This document shows positions 18,102-37,450 of a stretch of 64,000 nucleotides of DNA, piece after piece (position 1 is the stretch's first letter; each line of letters begins with the position of its first letter). Under the pieces are notes generated by a model that saw only the letters and a program-made list of their open reading frames with translations, searched no databases and was not told where the DNA came from. Source of the DNA: the human T2T-CHM13v2.0 reference genome, Homo sapiens; assembly GCF_009914755.1 (NCBI RefSeq), contig NC_060948.1. One strand, written 5' to 3'. The position numbers were made by a program, and so were the translations under genes.

Positions 18102-20203
18102 AGATCCATATTTTTTAAATGAAAAAAAATTTCAAAGGTACTCTGCTTGGTACAATAATCAAATGTATAAACTGAGGAATAAAACATAACCATGAAACCT
18201 ACTTATAACTGCATATGGAAAATACAGAGGATAATTTTTTAAATAACATATTTTGAAAGCCTTAACTAGTAATTTGAAGAGTTGGCATTTGAAAGGCCAG
18301 TATGAATATACCTTCAAAGCAGCAACACAGGTTCCCCATGAGAAAAAGCAAACACAGGGAAAATAAAAACACAAAGGTTCAATCTCTTCTGACCTTTGAA
18401 AGACACAGCACAGACAGTGGTCCTTAGGACGAAGAGCAGGAGACCCCACTTCCGTCACCATGGCGATAGGGCATAAACATTGCTGGGTGAGGGCACAATC
18501 CACATTGTGAGGTCCAACTGCTGCCAGGAAGACAGGAGTGCTTTTACATAGACCGAAAGGTCATTGAAGGCTCAGAGTTTTGTTTCAAGAACTGAATCCC
18601 AAGCCCACACGTTATTAGGCTGCGCTTCTTAAAACAAGTTATGAGATGGGAAAAAGGGCACCCACAAACATACGTATACATTATGTATATAATAATATAC
18701 AGTATCATATATATAATATATATAACCTATGTATAATATTGTTTTACATCCTGCATCTTATGTTATATATATTGTATAAAATATAATAATTGATAATATA
18801 TAAGTTTATATTTATACAATATGACATATAGTATATATTATAATTTATGACATATATAATATATGTTATATGTCATATATAGAATATATTATACGGTTAA
18901 TATACGTATTAAATATAAATTATACATTATATATATTATATATAATATATCTGTTATATATAATACCCATTATGCATAATATATATATTATGTCTATGTT
19001 ATATATAGTATAAAACAACATATAATAATATATAATTGTATATATAAAATGCGACATATAATATATATTATATTTTATAACATATGTAATATATATTATA
19101 TATTATATATAATACGTTGTATGTATAATACCTATATTAAATATATATTATATGACTATGTTATTAATTACATGTCACATGTGTTATATATTATATATTT
19201 TACATAGAATATACCGGTTACATACAATATATACTATGTTACCTATAATGTATAATTTATTACATGTAAAATAAAGAATGCAATATATTATGTAAAATTT
19301 ATAATATACCATATGTGGAATGTGATATATATAACATATAATATATGATATATGATGTACAGTATATGATATATAACATACAATATATGATTCCTAATAT
19401 ATATGGTATACAATATATATTTTATGATATGTATTCTATATGTTTTATATTCTGTTATATATAACTATTTGAAATTATATATAACTGTATAATATTTTAT
19501 GTAAATATGTAATATAATATATATAACTATATAATATATTATATATAACTATATATTATGTTATATATACTTTTATAACATAATTTACATAAAATATCAT
19601 AATATAATATATATTATATTATTTCATATTACATAAAATATATTACATATCACCCAATATAACTAACATACATAATATTATAATATAGATTATATTATGT
19701 TATAATAAATATCATATATATCATATATCATATATTCTATAATATATATTACACATTATATAATATGTATGTTGTCTATTATGTGATATATATAACTATA
19801 TATATAATTATATTTTTATACATATAACTAGATAAACATGTAATTCTACATATTTTCATTTATAATATGTAGAATTATATAATCATATATAATTATTTAT
19901 ATTCTAAAAAAATTTTATCATTATATAAATTATAATATATAAAAATTATAATATGTACTACAAATATATATATTATATATCATATATGCTATAGTACCTT
20001 TGTTATATATCATAATACATATAAATGTGTATTATGTTATCTATAATTATATAATTTCATATATAAGTTGTATAATATGTATCATATATTATATATGTTA
20101 TGTAATATATATAGTATATATAAGATGACACAGGATAAATATTATATACTATGACATATAAAATATTTGAGGTTATATGTTACATATAAGGCATAGCACA
20201 TAA

Positions 20204-20518
<315 letters not shown>

Positions 20519-22618
20519 AGATCCATATTTTTTAAATGAAAAAAAATTTCAAAGGTACTCTGCTTGGTACAATAATCAAATGTATAAACTGAGGAATAAA
20601 ACATAACCATGAAACCTACTTATAACTGCATATGGAAAATACAGAGGATAATTTTTTAAATAACATATTTTGAAAGCCTTAACTAGTAATTTGAAGAGTT
20701 GGCATTTGAAAGGCCAGTATGAATATACCTTCAAAGCAGCAACACAGGTTCCCCATGAGAAAAAGCAAACACAGGGAAAATAAAAACACAAAGGTTCAAT
20801 CTCTTCTGACCTTTGAAAGACACAGCACAGACAGTGGTCCTTAGGACGAAGAGCAGGAGACCCCACTTCCGTCACCATGGCGATAGGGCATAAACATTGC
20901 TGGGTGAGGGCACAATCCACATTGTGAGGTCCAACTGCTGCCAGGAAGACAGGAGTGCTTTTACATAGACCGAAAGGTCATTGAAGGCTCAGAGTTTTGT
21001 TTCAAGAACTGAATCCCAAGCCCACACGTTATTAGGCTGCGCTTCTTAAAACAAGTTATGAGATGGGAAAAAGGGCACCCACAAACATACGTATACATTA
21101 TGTATATAATAATATACAGTATCATATATATAATATATATAACCTATGTATAATATTGTTTTACATCCTGCATCTTATGTTATATATATTGTATAAAATA
21201 TAATAATTGATAATATATAAGTTTATATTTATACAATATGACATATAGTATATATTATAATTTATGACATATATAATATATGTTATATGTCATATATAGA
21301 ATATATTATACGGTTAATATACGTATTAAATATAAATTATACATTATATATATTATATATAATATATCTGTTATATATAATACCCATTATGCATAATATA
21401 TATATTATGTCTATGTTATATATAGTATAAAACAACATATAATAATATATAATTGTATATATAAAATGCGACATATAATATATATTATATTTTATAACAT
21501 ATGTAATATATATTATATATTATATATAATACGTTGTATGTATAATACCTATATTAAATATATATTATATGACTATGTTATTAATTACATGTCACATGTG
21601 TTATATATTATATATTTTACATAGAATATACCGGTTACATACAATATATACTATGTTACCTATAATGTATAATTTATTACATGTAAAATAAAGAATGCAA
21701 TATATTATGTAAAATTTATAATATACCATATGTGGAATGTGATATATATAACATATAATATATGATATATGATGTCAAGTATATGATATATAACATACAA
21801 TATATGATTCCTAATATATATGGTATACAATATATATTTTATGATATGTATTCTATATGTTTTATATTCTGTTATATATAACTATTTGAAATTATATATA
21901 ACTGTATAATATTTTATGTAAATATGTAATATAATATATATAACTATATAATATATTATATATAACTATATATTATGTTATATATACTTTTATAACATAA
22001 TTTACATAAAATATCATAATATAATATATATTATATTATTTCATATTACATAAAATATATTACATATCACCCAATATAACTAACATACATAATATTATAA
22101 TATAGATTATATTATGTTATAATAAATATCATATATATCATATATCATATATTCTATAATATATATTACACATTATATAATATGTATGTTGTCTATTATG
22201 TGATATATATAACTATATATAATTATATTTTTATACATATAACTAGATAAACATGTAATTCTACATATTTTCATTTATAATATGTAGAATTATATAATCA
22301 TATATAATTATTTATATTCTAAAAAAATTTTATCATTATATAAATTATAATATATAAAAATTATAATATGTACTACAAATATATATATTATATATCATAT
22401 ATGCTATAGTACCTTTGTTATATATCATAATACATATAAATGTGTATTATGTTATCTATAATTATATAATTTCATATATAAGTTGTATAATATGTATCAT
22501 ATATTATATATGTTATGTAATATATATAGTATATATAAGATGACACAGGATAAATATTATATACTATGACATATAAAATATTTGAGGTTATATGTTACAT
22601 ATAAGGCATAGCACATAA

Positions 22619-22933
<315 letters not shown>

Positions 22934-25059
22934 AGATCCATATTTTTTAAATGAAAAAAAATTTCAAAGGTACTCTGCTTGGTACAATAATCAAATGTAT
23001 AAACTGAGGAATAAAACATAACCATGAAACCTACTTATAACTGCATATGGAAAATACAGAGGATAATTTTTTAAATAACATATTTTGAAAGCCTTAACTA
23101 GTAATTTGAAGAGTTGGCATTTGAAAGGCCAGTATGAATATACCTTCAAAGCAGCAACACAGGTTCCCCATGAGAAAAAGCAAACACAGGGAAAATAAAA
23201 ACACAAAGGTTCAATCTCTTCTGACCTTTGAAAGACACAGCACAGACAGTGGTCCTTAGGACGAAGAGCAGGAGACCCCACTTCCGTCACCATGGCGATA
23301 GGGCATAAACATTGCTGGGTGAGGGCACAATCCACATTGTGAGGTCCAACTGCTGCCAGGAAGACAGGAGTGCTTTTACATAGACCGAAAGGTCATTGAA
23401 GGCTCAGAGTTTTGTTTCAAGAACTGAATCCCAAGCCCACACGTTATTAGGCTGCGCTTCTTAAAACAAGTTATGAGATGGGAAAAAGGGCACCCACAAA
23501 CATACGTATACATTATGTATATAATAATATACAGTATCATATATATAATATATATAACCTATGTATAATATTGTTTTACATCCTGCATCTTATGTTATAT
23601 ATATTGTATAAAATATAATAATTGATAATATATAAGTTTATATTTATACAATATGACATATAGTATATATTATAATTTATGACATATATAATATATGTTA
23701 TATGTCATATATAGAATATATTATACGGTTAATATACGTATTAAATATAAATTATACATTATATATATTATATATAATATATCTGTTATATATAATACCC
23801 ATTATGCATAATATATATATTATGTCTATGTTATATATAGTATAAAACAACATATAATAATATATAATTGTATATATAAAATGCGACATATAATATATAT
23901 TATATTTTATAACATATGTAATATATATTATATATTATATATAATACATTGTATGTATAATACCTATATTAAATATATATTATATGACTATGTTATTGAT
24001 TACATGTCACATGTGTTATATATTATATATTTTACATAGAATATACCGGTTACATACAATATATACTATGTTACCTATAATGTATAATTTATTACATGTA
24101 AAATAAAGAATGCAATATATTATGTATAATTTATAATATACCATATGTGGAATGTGATATATATAACATATAATATATGATATATGATATACAGTATATG
24201 ATATATAACATACAATATATGATTCCTAATATATATGGTATACAATATATATTTTATGATATGTATTCTATATGTTTTATATTCTGTTATATATAACTAT
24301 TTGAAATTATATATAACTGTATAATATTTTATGTAAATATGTAATATAATATATATAACTATATAATATATTATATATAACTATATATTATGTTATATAT
24401 ACTTTTATAACATAATTTACATAAAATATCATAATATAATATATATTATATTATTTCATATTACATAATATATATTACATATCACCCAATATAACTAACA
24501 TACATAATATTATAATATAGATTATATTGTGTTATATTAAATATCATATATATCATGTATCATATATTCTATAATATATATTACACATTATATAATATGT
24601 ATGTTGTCTATTATGTGATATATATAACTATATATATAATTATATTTTTATACATATAACTAGATAAACATGTAATTCTACATATTTTCATTTATAATAT
24701 GTAGAATTATATAATCATATATAATTATTTATATTCTATAAAAAATTTTATCATTATATAAATTATAATATATAAAAATTATAATATGTACTACAAATAT
24801 ATATATTATATATCATATATGATATAGTACCTTTGTTATATTTCATAATACATATAAATGTGTATTATGTTATCTATAATTATATAATTTCATATATAAG
24901 ATATATAATATGTATCATATATTATATATGTTATGTAATATATATAGTATATATAAGATGACACAGGATAAATATTATATACTATGACATATAAAATATA
25001 TGAGGTTATATGTTACATATAAGGCATAGCACATAACATTTAATATATATCATATATAA

Positions 25060-25351
<292 letters not shown>

Positions 25352-27455
25352 AGATCCATATTTTTTAAATGAAAAAAAATTTCAAAGGTACTCTGCTTGG
25401 TACAATAATCAAATGAATAAACTGAGGAATAAAACATAACTATGAAACCTACTTATAACTGCATATGGAAAATACAGAGGATAATTTTTTAAATAACATA
25501 TTTTGAAAGCCTTAACTAGTAATTTGAAGAGTTGGCATTTGAAAGGCCAGTATGAATATACCTTCAAAGCAGCAACACAGGTTCCCCATGAGAAAAAGCA
25601 AACACAGGGAAAATAAAAACACAAAGGTTCAATCTCTTCTGACCTTTGAAAGACACAGCACAGACAGTGGTCCTTAGGACGAAGAGCAGGAGACCCCTAA
25701 TTCCGTCACCATGGCGATAGGGCATAAACATTGCTGGGTGAGGGCACAATCCACATTGTGAGGTCCAACTGCTGCCAGGAAGACAGGAGTGCTTTTACAT
25801 AGACCGAAAGGTCATTGAAGGCTCAGAGTTTTGTTTCAAGAACTGAATCCCAAGCCCACACGTTATTAGGCTGCGCTTCTTAAAACAAGTTATGAGATGG
25901 GAAAAAGGGCACCCACAAACATACGTATACATTATGTATATAATAATATACAGTATCATATATATAATATATATAACCTATGTATAATATTGTTTTACAT
26001 CCTGCATCTTATGTTATATATATTGTATAAAATATAATAATTGATAATATATAAGTTTTATAATTATACAATATGACATATAGTATATATTATAATTTAT
26101 GACATATATAATATATGTTATATATCACATATAGAATATATTATACGGTTAATATACGTATTAAATATAAATTATACATTATATATATTATATATAATAT
26201 ATCTGTTATATATAATACCCATTATGCAAAATATATATATTATGTCTATGTTATATATAGTATAAAACAACATATAATAATATATAATTGTATATATAAA
26301 ATGTGACATATAATATATATTATATTTTATAACATATGTAATATATATTATATATTATATATAATACGTTGTATGTATAATACCTATATTAAATATATAT
26401 TATATGACTATGTTATTAATTACATGTCACATGTGTTATATATTATATATTTTACATAGAATATACCGGTTACATACAATATATACTATGTTACCTATAA
26501 TGTATAATTTATTACATGTAAAATAAAGAATGCAATATATTATGTAAAATTTATAATATACCATATGTGGAATGTGATATATATAACGTATAATATATGA
26601 TATATGATGTACAGTATATGATATATAACATACAATATATGATTCCTAATATATATGGTATACAATATATATTTTATGATATGTATTCTATATGTTTTAT
26701 ATTCTGTTATATATAACTATTTAAAATTATATATAACTGTATAATATTTTATGTAAATATGTAATATAATATATATAAGTATATAATATATTATATATAA
26801 CTATATATTATGTTATATATACTTTTATAACATAATTTACATAAAATATCATAATATAATATATATTATGTTATTTCATATTACATAAAATATATTACAT
26901 ATCACCCAATATAACTAACATACATAATATTATAATATAGATTATATTATGTTATAATAAATATCATATATATCATATATCATATATTCTATAATATATA
27001 TTACACATTATATAATATGTATGTTGTCTATTATGTGATATATATAACTATATATATAATTATATTTGTATACATATAACTAGATAAACATGTAATTCTA
27101 CATATTTTCATTTATAATATGTAGAATTATATAATCATATATAATTATTTATATTCTAAAAAAATTTTATCATTATATAAATTATTATATATAAAAACTA
27201 TAATGTGTACTACAAATATATATATTATATATCATATATGCTATAGTACCTTTGTTATATATCATAATACATATAAATGTGTATTATGTTATCTATAATT
27301 ATATAATTTCATATATAAGTTGTATAATATGTATCATATATTATATATGTTATGTAATATATATAGTATATATAAGATGACACAGGATAAATATTATATA
27401 CTATGACATATAAAATATATGAGGTTATATGTTACATATAAGGCATAGCACATAA

Positions 27456-27770
<315 letters not shown>

Positions 27771-29875
27771 AGATCCATATTTTTTAAATGAAAAAAAATT
27801 TCAAAGGTACTCTGCTTGGTACAATAATCAAATGTATAAACTGAGGAATAAAACATAACCATGAAACCTACTTATAACTGCATATGGAAAATACAGAGGA
27901 TAATTTTTTAAATAACATATTTTGAAAGCCTTAACTAGTAATTTGAAGAGCTGGCATTTGAAAGGCCAGTATGAATATACCTTCAAAGCAGCAACACAGG
28001 TTCCCCATGAGAAAAAGCAAACACAGGGAAAATAAAAACACAAAGGTTCAATCTCTTCTGACCTTTGAAAGACACAGCACAGACAGTGGTCCTTAGGACG
28101 AAGAGCAGGAGACCCCTAATTCCGTCACCATGGCGATAGGGCATAAACATTGCTGGGTGAGGGCACAATCCACATTGTGAGGTCCAACTGCTGCCAGGAA
28201 GACAGGAGTGCTTTTACATAGACCGAAAGGTCATTGAAGGCTCAGAGTTTTGTTTCAAGAACTGAATCCCAAGCCCACACGTTATTAGGCTGCGCTTCTT
28301 AAAACAAGTTATGAGATGGGAAAAAGGGCACCCACAAACATACGTATACATTATGTATATAATAATATACAGTATCATATATATAATATATATAAGCTAT
28401 GTATAATATTGTTTTACATCCTGCATCTTATGTTATATATATTGTATAAAATATAATAATTGATAATATATAAGTTTTATAAGTATACAATATGACATAT
28501 AGTATATATTATAATTTATGACATATATAATATATGTTATATGTCATATATAGAGTATATTATACGGTTAATATACGTATTAAATATAAATTATACATTA
28601 TATATATTATATATAATATATCTGTTATATATAATACCCATTATGCATAATATATATATTATGTCTATGTTATATATAGTATAAAACAACATATAATAAT
28701 ATATAATTGTATATATAAAATGCGACATATAATATATATTATATTTTATTACATATGTAATATATATTATATATTATATATAATACGTTGTATGTATAAT
28801 ACCTATATTAAATATATATTATATGACTATGTTATTAATTACATGTCACATGTGTTATATATTATATATTTTACATAGAATATACCGGTTACATACAATA
28901 TATACTATGTTACCTATAATGTATAATTTATTACATGTAAAATAAAGAATGCAATATATTATGTAAAATTTATAATATACCATATGTGGAATGTGATATA
29001 TATAACGTATAATATATGATATATCATGTACAGTATATGATATATAACATACAATATATGATTCCTAATATATATGGTATACAATATATATTTTATGTTA
29101 TGTATTCTATATGTTTTATATTCTGTTATATATAACTATTTGAAATTATATATAACTGTATAATATTTTATGTAAATATGTAATATAATATATATAACTA
29201 TATAATATATTATATATAACTATATATTATGTTATATATACTTTTATAACATAATTTACATAAAATATCATAATATAATATATATTATATTATTTCATAT
29301 TACATAATATATATTACATATCACCCAATATAACTAACATACATAATATTATAATATAGATTATATTATGTTATATTAAATGTCATATATATCATGTATC
29401 ATATATTCTATAATATATATTACACCTTATATAATATGTATGTTGTCTATTATGTGATATATATAACTATATATATAATTATACTTTTATACATATAACT
29501 AGATAAACATGTAATTCTACATATTTCCATTTATAATATGTAGAATTATATAATCATATATAATTATTTATATTCTATAAAAAATTTTATCATTATATAA
29601 ATTATAATATATAAAAATTATAATATGTACTACAAATATATATATTATATATCATATATGATATAGTACCTTTGTTATATATCATAATACATATAAATGT
29701 GTATTATGTTATCTATAATTATATAATTTCATAGATAAGATGTATAATATGTATCATATATTATATATGTTATGTAATATATATAGTATATATAAGATGA
29801 CACAGGATAAATATTATATACTATGACATATAAAATATATGAGGTTATATGTTACATATAAGGCATAGCACATAA

Positions 29876-30190
<315 letters not shown>

Positions 30191-32295
30191 AGATCCATAT
30201 TTTTTAAATGAAAAAAAATTTCAAAGGTACTCTGCTTGGTACAATAATCAAATGTATAAACTGAGGAATAAAACATAACCATGAAACCTACTTATAACTG
30301 CATATGGAAAATACAGAGGATAATTTTTTAAATAACATATTTTGAAAGCCTTAACTAGTAATTTGAAGAGCTGGCATTTGAAAGGCCAGTATGAATATAC
30401 CTTCAAAGCAGCAACACAGGTTCCCCATGAGAAAAAGCAAACACAGGGAAAATAAAAACACAAAGGTTCAATCTCTTCTGACCTTTGAAAGACACAGCAC
30501 AGACAGTGGTCCTTAGGACGAAGAGCAGGAGACCCCTAATTCCGTCACCATGGCGATAGGGCATAAACATTGCTGGGTGAGGGCACAATCCACATTGTGA
30601 GGTCCAACTGCTGCCAGGAAGACAGGAGTGCTTTTACATAGACCGAAAGGTCATTGAAGGCTCAGAGTTTTGTTTCAAGAACTGAATCCCAAGCCCACAC
30701 GTTATTAGGCTGCGCTTCTTAAAACAAGTTATGAGATGGGAAAAAGGGCACCCACAAACATACGTATACATTATGTATATAATAATATACAGTATCATAT
30801 ATATAATATATATAACCTATGTATAATATTGTTTTACATCCCGCATCTTATGTTATATATATTGTATAAAATATAATAATTGTTAATATATAAGTTTTAT
30901 AATTATACAATATGACATATAGTATATATTATAATTTATGACATATATAATATATGTTATATGTCATATATAGAATATATTATACGGTTAATATACGTAT
31001 TAAATATAAATTATACATTATATATATTATATATAATATATCTGTTATATATAATACCCATTATGCATAATATATATATTATGTCTATGTTATATATAGT
31101 ATAAAACAACATATAATAATATATAATTGTATATATAAAATGCGACATTTAATATATATTATATTTTATAACATATGTAATATATATTATATATTATATA
31201 TAATACGTTGTATGTATAATACCTATATTAAATATATATTATATGACTATGTTATTAATTACATGTCACATGTGTTATATATTATATATTTTACATAGAA
31301 TATACCGGTTACATACAATATATACTATGTTACCTATAATGTATAATTTATTACATGTAAAATAAAGAATGCAATATATTATGTATAATTTATAATATAC
31401 AATATGTGGAATGTGATATATATAACATATAATATATGATATATGATATACAGTATATGATATATAACATACAATATATGATTCCTAATATATATGGTAT
31501 ACAATATATATTTTATGATATGTATTCTATATGTTTTATATTCTGTTATATATAACTATTGGAATTTATATATAACTGTATAATATTTTATGTAAATATG
31601 TAATATAATATATATAACTATATAATATATTATATATAACTATATATTATGTTATATATACTTTTATAACATAATTTACATAAAATATCATAATATAATA
31701 TATATTATATTATTTCATATTACATAATATATATTACATATCACCCAATATAACTAACATACATAATATTATAATGTAGATTATATTGTGTTATATTAAA
31801 TATCATATATATCATGTATCATATATTCTATAATATATATTACACATTATATAATATGTATGTTGTCTATTATGTGATATATATAACTATATATATAATT
31901 ATATTTTTATACATATAACTAGATAAACATGTAATTCTACATATTTTCATTTATAATATGTATAATTATATAATCATATATAATTATTTATATTCTATAA
32001 AAAATTTTATCATTATATAAATTATAATATATAAAAATTATAATATGTACTACAAATATATATATTATATATCATATATGATATAGTACCATTGTTATAT
32101 TTCATAATACATATAAATGTGTATTATGTTATCTATAATTATATAATTTCATATATAAGATGTATAATATGTATCATAAATTATATATGTTATGTAATAT
32201 ATATAGTATATATAAGATGACACAGGATAAATATTATATACTATGACATATAAAATATATGAGGTTATATGTTACATATAAGGCATAGCACATAA

Positions 32296-32610
<315 letters not shown>

Positions 32611-34715
32611 AGATCCATATTTTTTAAATGAAAAAAAATTTCAAAGGTACTCTGCTTGGTACAATAATCAAATGTATAAACTGAGGAATAAAACATAACC
32701 ATGAAACCTACTTATAACTGCATATGGAAAATACAGAGGATAATTTTTTAAATAACATATTTTGAAAGCCTTAACTAGTAATTTGAAGAGCTGGCATTTG
32801 AAAGGCCAGTATGAATATACCTTCAAAGCAGCAACACAGGTTCCCCATGAGAAAAAGCAAACACAGGGAAAATAAAAACACAAAGGTTCAATCTCTTCTG
32901 ACCTTTGAAAGACACAGCACAGACAGTGGTCCTTAGGACGAAGAGCAGGAGACCCCTACTTCCGTCACCATGGCGATAGGGCATAAACATTGCTGGGTGA
33001 GGGCACAATCCACATTGTGAGGTCCAACTGCTGCCAGGAAGACAGGAGTGCTTTTACATAGACCGAAAGGTCATTGAAGGCTCAGAGTTTTGTTTCAAGA
33101 ACTGAATCCCAAGCCCACACGTTATTAGGCTGCGCTTCTTAAAACAAGTTATGAGATGGGAAAAAGGGCACCCACAAACATACGTATACATTATGTATAT
33201 AATAATATACAGTATCATATATATAATATATATAACCTATGTATAATATTGTTTTACATCCTGCATCTTATGTTATATATATTGTATAAAATATAATAAT
33301 TGATAATATATAAGTTTTATAATTATACAATATGACATATAGTATATATTATAATTTATGACATATATAATATATGTTATATGTCATATATAGAGTATAT
33401 TATACGGTTAATATACGTATTAAATATAAATTATACATTATATATATTATATATAATATATCTGTTATATATAATACCCATTATGCATAATATATATATT
33501 ATATCTATGTTATATATAGTATAAAACAACATATAATAATATATAATTGTATATATAAAATGAGACATATAATATATATTATATTTTATTACATATGTAA
33601 TATATATTATATATTATATATAATACGTTGTATGTATAATACCTATATTAAATATATATTATATGACTATGTTATTAATTACATGTCACATGTGTTATAT
33701 ATTATATATTTTACATAGAATATACCGGTTACATACAATATATACTATGTTACCTATAATGTATAATTTATTACATGTAAAATAAAGAATGCAATATATT
33801 ATGTAAAATTTATAATATACCATATGTGGAATGTGATATATATAACATATAATATATGATATATGATGTACAGTATATGATATATAACATACAATATATG
33901 ATTCCTAATATATATGGTATACAATATATATTTTATGTTATGAATTCTATATGTTTTATATTCTGTTATATATAACTATTTGAAATTATATATAACTGTA
34001 TAATATTTTATGTAAATATGTAATATAATATATATAACTATATAATATATTATATATAACTATATATTATGTTATATATACTTTTATAACATAATTTACA
34101 TAAAATATCATAATATAATATATATTATATTATTTCATATTACATAATATATATTACATATCACCCAATATAACTAACATATATAATATTATAATATAGA
34201 TTATATTATGTTATATTAAATATCATATATATCATGTATCATATATTCTATAATATATATTACACCTTATATAATATGTATGTTGTCTATTATGTGATAT
34301 ATATAACTATATATATAATTATATTTTTATACATATAACTAGATAAACATGTAATTCTACATATTTCCATTTATAATATGTAGAATTATATAATCATATA
34401 TAATTATTTATATTCTATAAAAAATTTTATCATTATATAAATTATAATATATAAAAATTATAATATGTACTACAAATATATATATTATATATCATATATG
34501 ATATAGTACCTTTGTTATATATCATAATACATATAAATGTGTATTATGTTATCTATAATTATATAATTTCATAGATAAGATGTATAATATGTATCATATA
34601 TTATATATGTTATGTAATATATATAGTATATATAAGATGACACAGGATAAATATTATATACTATGACATATAAAATATATGAGGTTATATGTTACTTATA
34701 AGGCATAGCACATAA

Positions 34716-35030
<315 letters not shown>

Positions 35031-37158
35031 AGATCCATATTTTTTAAATGAAAAAAAATTTCAAAGGTACTCTGCTTGGTACAATAATCAAATGTATAAA
35101 CTGAGGAATAAAACATAACCATGAAACCTACTTATAACTGCATATGGAAAATACAGAGGATAATTTTTTAAATAACATATTTTGAAAGCCTTAACTAGTA
35201 ATTTGAAGAGCTGGCATTTGAAAGGCCAGTATGAATATACCTTCAAAGCAGCAACACAGGTTCCCCATGAGAAAAAGCAAACACAGGGAAAATAAAAACA
35301 CAAAGGTTCAATCTCTTCTGACCTTTGAAAGACACAGCACAGACAGTGGTCCTTAGGACGAAGAGCAGGAGACCCCTAATTCCGTCACCATGGCGATAGG
35401 GCATAAACATTGCTGGGTGAGGGCACAATCCACATTGTGAGGTCCAACTGCTGCCAGGAAGACAGGAGTGCTTTTACATAGACCGAAAGGTCATTGAAGG
35501 CTCAGAGTTTTGTTTCAAGAACTGAATCCCAAGCCCACACGTTATTAGGCTGCGCTTCTTAAAACAAGTTATGAGATGGGAAAAAGGACACCCACAAACA
35601 TACGTATACATTATGTATATAATAATATACAGTATCATATATATAATATATATAACCTATGTATAATATTGTTTTACATCCTGCATCTTATGTTATATAT
35701 ATTGTATAAAATATAATAATTGATAATATATAAGTTTTATAATTATACAACATGACATATAGTATATATTATAATTTATGACATATATAATATATGTTAT
35801 ATGTCATATATAGAATATATTATACGGTTAATATACGTATTAAATATAAATTATACATTATATATATTATATATAATATATCTGTTATATATAATACCCA
35901 TTATGCATAATATATATATTATGTCTATGTTATATATAGTATAAAACAACATATAATAATATATAATTGTATATATAAAATGCGACATATAATATATATT
36001 ATATTTTATAACATATGTAATATATATTATATATTATATATAATACGTTGTATGTATAATACCTATATTAAATATATATTATATGACTATGTTATTGATT
36101 ACATGTCACATGTGTTATATATTATATATTTTACATAGAATATACCGGTTACATACAATATATACTATGTTACCTATAATGTATAATTTATTACATGTAA
36201 AATAAAGAATGCAATATATTATGTATAATTTATAATATACCATATGTGGAATGTGATATATATAACATATAATATATGATATATGATATACAGTATATGA
36301 TATATAACATACAATATATGATTCCTAATATATATGGTATACAATATATATTTTATGATATGTATTCTATATGTTTTATATTCTGTTATATATAACTATT
36401 TGAAATTATATATAACTGTATAATATTTTATGTAAATATGTAATATAATATATATAACTATATAATATATTATATATAACTATATATTATGTTATATATA
36501 CTTTTATAACATAATTTACATAAAATATCATAATATAATATATATTATATTATTTCATATTACATAATATATATTACATATCACCCAATATAACTAACAT
36601 ACATAATATTATAATATAGATTATATTGTGTTATATTAAATATCATATATATCATGTATCATATATTCTATAATATATATTACACATTATATAATATGTA
36701 TGTTGTCTATTATGTGATATATATAACTATATATATAATTATATTTTTATACATATAACTAGATAAACATGTAATTCTACATATTTTCATTTATAATATG
36801 TAGAATTATATAATCATATATAATTATTTATATTCTATAAAAAATTTTATCATTATATAAATTATAATATATAAAAATTATAATATGTACTACAAATATA
36901 TATATTATATATCATATATGATATAGTACCTTTGTTATATTTCATAATACATATAAATGTGTATTATGTTATCTATAATTATATAATTTCATATATAAGA
37001 TGTATAATATGTATCATATATTATATATGTTATGTAATATATATAGTATATATAAGATGACACAGGATAAATATTATATACTATGACATATAAAATATAT
37101 GAGGTTATATGTTACATATAAGGCATAGCACATAACATTTAATATATATCATATATAA

Positions 37159-37450
<292 letters not shown>

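Noticed and set aside
26115-26306. Tyr/Ile-rich 63-68 aa ORFs (also 13745, 38214, 50077, 52497, 54917, 57337, 62177)
   Set aside because: Translations of TA-rich low-complexity DNA opened by single substitutions; useful only as haplotype markers.
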